From an uncultured Actinomycetota bacterium (GTDB lineage Bacteria; Actinomycetota; Actinomycetes; JAHEKZ01), in the NCBI GenBank assembly GCA_963829525.1, contig CAWHIJ010000003.1, positions 256,001-320,000 on the forward strand: DNA of 64,000 bases. Reading direction: 5' to 3'. Shown here one piece after another: positions 60,078-64,000 of this stretch. Below the pieces are notes generated by a model. It had not been told where the DNA came from, ran no database searches, and was given only the letters and a program-made list of their open reading frames with translations. The translations under genes were made by a program, and so were the position numbers. Within the stretch, counting starts at the first letter, position 1. Each line of letters starts with the position of its first letter.

Positions 60078-60686
60078 CTACCAGATCCCAGCAGCTTCGG
60101 CGAGCGTCACCATGGCGAGCACGGCAAGCAGAGTCCCCGAGATCCGCTGCACGACCGCGAACCGAACCCGAGTCACCAACCACCGTCCCGCCAATGCGGC
60201 GAGCCCGGCTACCAGACTGAGGGCAACCCAGGCGCCGAGCCAGACCTCCACTGGGGAGTTGTACCTGGCCGAAAGACTCGCAGTCGTCAGCTGGGACAGG
60301 TCTCCCCACTCGGCGGCGAAGAGCACAAGGAACGACACGGTGAACGCTCGGGCGTGGCCCTTGCGCACCACGTCCTCCACCGCCTCCGCCTCCTCGACCT
60401 CCTCCCGTTCTGTGTCGATGTGTCCAGCACCCCGGAACATCAGGACAGAGCCCAGAGCAAACAGGGCGGCCGTGACCAGTTGGACGAGGGTCTTGGGCAA
60501 CAGCCCCAGCAGCTGACCGGCTGCCACCGCAATGGTTGTCTGAACCGCGAAGGCCGCACTCACCCCGAGCCAAACCACGACGGGCCGGTAACGGGTCGAG
60601 AGCACGAGCGTGGCGATGAAGGTCTTGTCCGGCAGCTCAGCCGGGATGATCAGTGCCAGCGTGACAAAGAGGGCAGCCAGATCCAC
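60078..60686 (-). CDS. TMEM165/GDT1 (UPF0016) Ca2+/Mn2+ transporter family
   Basis: Two E-x-G/P-D-K/L-T/S motifs (AELPDKTF, AEWGDLSQ); GTG start at 60686. Confidence 0.92.
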   Translation of the reverse strand: MDLAALFVTLALIIPAELPDKTFIATLVLSTRYRPVVVWLGVSAAFAVQTTIAVAAGQLLGLLPKTLVQLVTAALFALGSVLMFRGAGHIDTEREEVEEAEAVEDVVRKGHARAFTVSFLVLFAAEWGDLSQLTTASLSARYNSPVEVWLGAWVALSLVAGLAALAGRWLVTRVRFAVVQRISGTLLAVLAMVTLAEAAGIW

Positions 60687-60768
60687 GAACCGGACTGTAG
60701 CGCCGGCGGTCGGTGGACGGATGGGGGCCGCTAGCCTGGGGTCTCCTCCCCCGACGCATGGGACGCCT

Positions 60769-61275
60769 GTGACTTCGCTCGATGTTGACCCAGACCTGAT
60801 AGCAGTCACTGCGATCGCCGCCGCCGCTGTCGCCCTGCTGGGGCTGCTGCTGTCAGTGGTCGTCGCGCTACGTATCCGACGTATGCGGCGCCAGTACCTC
60901 GCGTTGCAGGACGGTGGTGACGGTGAGTCGTTCCTTGAGGCGGTAACGCGCCAGGGTGAGGCTGTGACGAGTCTGCGTTCTGAGGTCGAGTCACTGAGGA
61001 CGGACGTGCAGCGGCTGCGGGTCGACCTCGCCGACGCGATCCGCCACGTCGCCGTCGTGCGCTACGACGCCTTCAACGACATGGGCGGTCGTATGTCCTT
61101 CTCGGCTGCGCTGCTCGATGATGCCGGGGACGGCGTCGTCATCAGCTCGATCAATGGACGGACCGAGACCCGCACCTATGCCAAGGGAGTCAAGAGCGGG
61201 GTGAGTGAAGCAGAACTGTCGCCCGAAGAGGTGCAGGTGATCGGCTACGCGCGCGCGAGCCATCCTCGCGCGTAG
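60769..61275 (+). CDS. DUF4446 family protein
   Basis: TM helix and coiled coil, then VVRYDAF.DMGG.MSFS.ALLD..GDG.V.SSI.GR.E.R.YAK and LSPEE. Confidence 0.88.
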   Translation: MTSLDVDPDLIAVTAIAAAAVALLGLLLSVVVALRIRRMRRQYLALQDGGDGESFLEAVTRQGEAVTSLRSEVESLRTDVQRLRVDLADAIRHVAVVRYDAFNDMGGRMSFSAALLDDAGDGVVISSINGRTETRTYAKGVKSGVSEAELSPEEVQVIGYARASHPRA

Positions 61276-61310
61276 GCCTGACCGCGACGCGTCTGCAATA
61301 GGCTCCCCTG

Positions 61311-62257
61311 GTGTCCTCTGACCTCCGCCTTCAGGTTCGGCCGCCCGCTACGGATTTCTTGGACCAGCGGGCACCTTCACCGAGGCAGCCCTGCTGCAGT
61401 GGCTCGGTGACCGAGCGGTCGAGGTCGTGCCCTACGCCACCGTCGACACGGCTGTGGACGCGGTGCGCGCCGGCGAGGTCGCCGGTGCGATGGTGCCGCT
61501 GGAGAACTCCGTCGAAGGTTCGGTCACTGCGACCATCGACGCCCTCGCCGGCGGACCTGGTCTGGCGATCATCGCTGAGGCGCAGGTTCCCGTCTCGTTT
61601 TCCTTGGTGGCCCGGCCAGGGTGGACGCTCGAGCGGGTGCGCGGAGTCACAACCCACCCGCACGCGCATGCTCAGTGCCGACGCTGGCTTGCCGACCAGC
61701 TGCCTGGCGTCCCGGTCACCTTCGCACCGTCGACGGCGATGGCGGCGTCCATGGTGGCCGATGGTGAGCACGACGCGGCCATCTCCGCTCCCCTCGCCGC
61801 GGCGGTCTACGGGCTGGACCAGCTCGCGTCCAACATCGGCGATCGTCCGGCCGAGACCCGATTCGTCCTGATCAGCACTCCGCAGCCGCCGCAGCCGGCC
61901 ACCGGCGCTGACAAGACGTCGCTCGTTCTCTTCATGGGCCAAGACCACCCTGGCGCGCTGCTGGAGATCCTCACGGAGTTCGCCGTGCGGGGAGTCAACC
62001 TGACCCGGATCGAGAGCCGGCCCACCGGTGGCGGGATCGGCGACTATTTCTTCTCCGTTGACGTCGAGGGACACCTTGACGACGCCCGGGTGGGTGAGGC
62101 GTTGATGGGGCTGCGTCGCGTGTGCGCCGAGGTGCTTTACCTAGGATCCTTTCCCCGACTCGATGGCCAGGCTCCGGCCATCCGGCGCGGTGTCGCCGAC
62201 GAGGAGTTCGCCCAGGCGCAGGCCTGGCTGACCCGGATCCGTGAGGGCCGCGGCTGA
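61311..62257 (+). CDS. pheA: Prephenate dehydratase (apparent 1-nt frameshift near the start)
   Basis: YGFLGPAGTFTE, VPLENSVEG, THP.A.AQC, TRFVL and VNLTRIESRP motifs. The main frame has TGA at 61319 and no start before the LGP.GTF motif. GTG 61311 (after TAGGCT) joins the frame if one C is added near 61322. Confidence 0.88.
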
Positions 62258-62280
62258 TTGGTCAGGAGCGGCGGCGGGCT

Positions 62281-62307
62281 TAACCTCCCCGGGGGTCCTG
62301 CCGATGG
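62281..62307 (+). promoter_or_regulatory. Sigma-28 (WhiG/FliA)-like promoter
   Basis: TAAC-N15-GCCGATGG, 7 nt before the GTG start. Confidence 0.6.
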
Positions 62308-62314
62308 CCCCAGT

Positions 62315-64000
62315 GTGCGCCGTCTGAGCCTTACCGGGACATTCGCTGTGGTCAGCCTGACGACCATGGTGCTGTTGGCGCTGGTCCTGACGTGGCTCGT
62401 CGCGAACACACTCCAGCGCCAGGCTCAACGAGACGGTGAGCAGGTGGCCGAGGTTTTCGTGTCCCAGGGCGTGCAGTCGAAGATCGACACTGAGTCGGTG
62501 GGGTTTTGGAAGAACCCGAACGATGTGTCACCAGCTGTCGTTGGATCCTTGGACAACATCGTGAGGGCCAACAATGTTCAGGTGCTCAACAGTCTCTCGC
62601 TGTACAGCACCGCCGGTGAGCCGCTGTGGACCAGCATGGGGACCACGGCCGATGCCCCTGCCCTCGACATGGACCGGGCGAGCAGAGCTGTAGAAGTCCT
62701 CGAGCCTGTTTCCACAGTTGTGGACGCTCCTCAGGGGCGAAGCCTTGAGGTGACGGTTCCCGTTGTTTACGGTGACCGGCTCGCTGGCGTCTACGGCTTC
62801 GCGCAGGTGAACGTCCCATGGGAGTCGACCGAGTCGACTGTCTGGCGTGCCGTTCTGACCGTCGCAGCCGTGATCAGCGTGATCGCCCTGCTGGCTTGGC
62901 TCCTTCTCTACCGCACGGTGCACCGAGCGAGTGCAACCCTGCGCTCGCAGGCAAGCGAGAACGAACACTTGGCGTTGCACGACGCGCTCACAGGGCTGCC
63001 GAACCGCCGCCTGCTGCAGGACCGGCTCGATCGTGCGATCACGGCGTCGGAACGTTCTGGCAAGAATCTTGCACTCATGATCTTGGACGTTGACCGGTTC
63101 AAGGAGGTTAACGACACGCTCGGCCACGACCGCGGGGACGCTTTGCTGATCGAGGTTGCCAAGCGGCTGAGCGAAGTGGTCCGGGACGCTGACACCGTTG
63201 CACGCCTCGGCGGTGATGAGTTCGCCGTGCTGGCTCCGGAAGTCGGTGGACTGCTCTACGCCGAGCGGCTCGCGAGCCGGGTGCACTCCGCATTCGACGA
63301 GCCGTTCCAGGTCGGAGACTTGCACTTGCACGTCGAGTCGAGCATCGGTATCGCCCTGCTGCCCGACCATGCCGAGAATGCCACCGTGCTCATGCAACGG
63401 GCAGATACGGCGATGTACGCGGCCAAGTCCACCCATCTTGGTGCGCTCCTCTACCGTCCCGGCGAAGGAGGGAACTCGACGGAGCGACTGCAGCTTCTCG
63501 GCGACCTTCGAAATGCGTTGGGCACGCAGCAGCTGTCGATCAACTACCAGCCCAAGATCGATCTCGGCTCCGGCGAGGTAATGGGTACTGAGGCCCTGCT
63601 GCGATGGAACCACCCCGAGCGCGGCAACATCCCGCCCAACGACTTCATCCCGCTTGCCGAAAACACCGGGCTGATCCAGGGGCTCACCCGCTATGTGCTT
63701 GAGATGGTCTGCGCACAGATGGCGGAGTGGGACCGAGTGGACACCGACTTTGCCCACTTGCCGGTCGCGGTGAACCTTTCGGCACGCAACTTGTTGGAGC
63801 CCAACTTCGATGAGTTCCTCGAGGACATCTTGGCGAGTCATCTGATCGAGCCGGAACGCCTCGAGCTCGAGGTCACCGAGAGCGCTCTGATCGAGGACCC
63901 GATTCGCAGCCACCAGATGCTGCACAAGATTGCTGCTCTCGGCGTCACCCTTGCTGTTGACGACTTCGGCACCGGCTACACCTCGATGTCTCAGCTGGAG
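62315..64000 (+). CDS. Membrane-anchored diguanylate cyclase/phosphodiesterase (GGDEF-EAL), truncated by the window end
   Basis: Own translation: two TMs around a sensor region, HDALTGLPNR, DRFKEVNDTLGH, RDAD I-site, ARLGGDEF, YQPK, EALLRW, EVTES and VDDFGTGY. Confidence 0.93.
   Translation, partial: MRRLSLTGTFAVVSLTTMVLLALVLTWLVANTLQRQAQRDGEQVAEVFVSQGVQSKIDTESVGFWKNPNDVSPAVVGSLDNIVRANNVQVLNSLSLYSTAGEPLWTSMGTTADAPALDMDRASRAVEVLEPVSTVVDAPQGRSLEVTVPVVYGDRLAGVYGFAQVNVPWESTESTVWRAVLTVAAVISVIALLAWLLLYRTVHRASATLRSQASENEHLALHDALTGLPNRRLLQDRLDRAITASERSGKNLALMILDVDRFKEVNDTLGHDRGDALLIEVAKRLSEVVRDADTVARLGGDEFAVLAPEVGGLLYAERLASRVHSAFDEPFQVGDLHLHVESSIGIALLPDHAENATVLMQRADTAMYAAKSTHLGALLYRPGEGGNSTERLQLLGDLRNALGTQQLSINYQPKIDLGSGEVMGTEALLRWNHPERGNIPPNDFIPLAENTGLIQGLTRYVLEMVCAQMAEWDRVDTDFAHLPVAVNLSARNLLEPNFDEFLEDILASHLIEPERLELEVTESALIEDPIRSHQMLHKIAALGVTLAVDDFGTGYTSMSQLE

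Noticed and set aside
60687-60770. yybP-ykoY Mn riboswitch expected upstream of the TMEM165 gene
   Set aside because: The intergenic space is short, the gene looks leaderless (TACAGT, 7 nt, GTG) and no riboswitch motif is recognisable.

Overview
High-GC actinobacterial (Actinomycetia-like) chromosome window spanning the replication origin. The conserved core runs NlpC/P60 - MurJ-type pseudokinase - sigM/anti-sigma - trxB-trxA - cwlM, then (minus strand) galK-parB-parA-rsmG-jag-yidC-yidD-rnpA-rpmH, then dnaA-oriC-dnaN-recF-DUF721-gyrB-gyrA-DUF3566-tRNA-Ile-tRNA-Ala, ppiA-rhomboid-crgA-DUF881-sortase-pabA/trpG, and the pknB-pbpA-rodA-pstP-fhaB-fhaA cluster ending at tRNA-Leu. A variable region follows. 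It holds a divergent sulfotransferase pair (one fused to a glycosyltransferase), an agmatine deiminase operon (ptcA-aguD-aguA, no carbamate kinase), VKOR, GNAT, a CoA-transferase, a frameshifted FMN/Fe-S nitronate monooxygenase/FabK/FabX-family gene with a palindromic operator, Fpg/Nei, an FAD oxidoreductase, GDPD, a MalT-like LuxR + small protein + DUF4386 cassette with a palindromic operator, DUF5926, TMEM165, DUF4446, pheA (5' frameshift) and a truncated GGDEF-EAL gene behind a sigma-28-like promoter. An unannotated 49-aa membrane ORF links parB to galK. No CRISPR array, IS element, integrase or rRNA was seen. All family assignments come from recognising motifs by eye, not from database searches.
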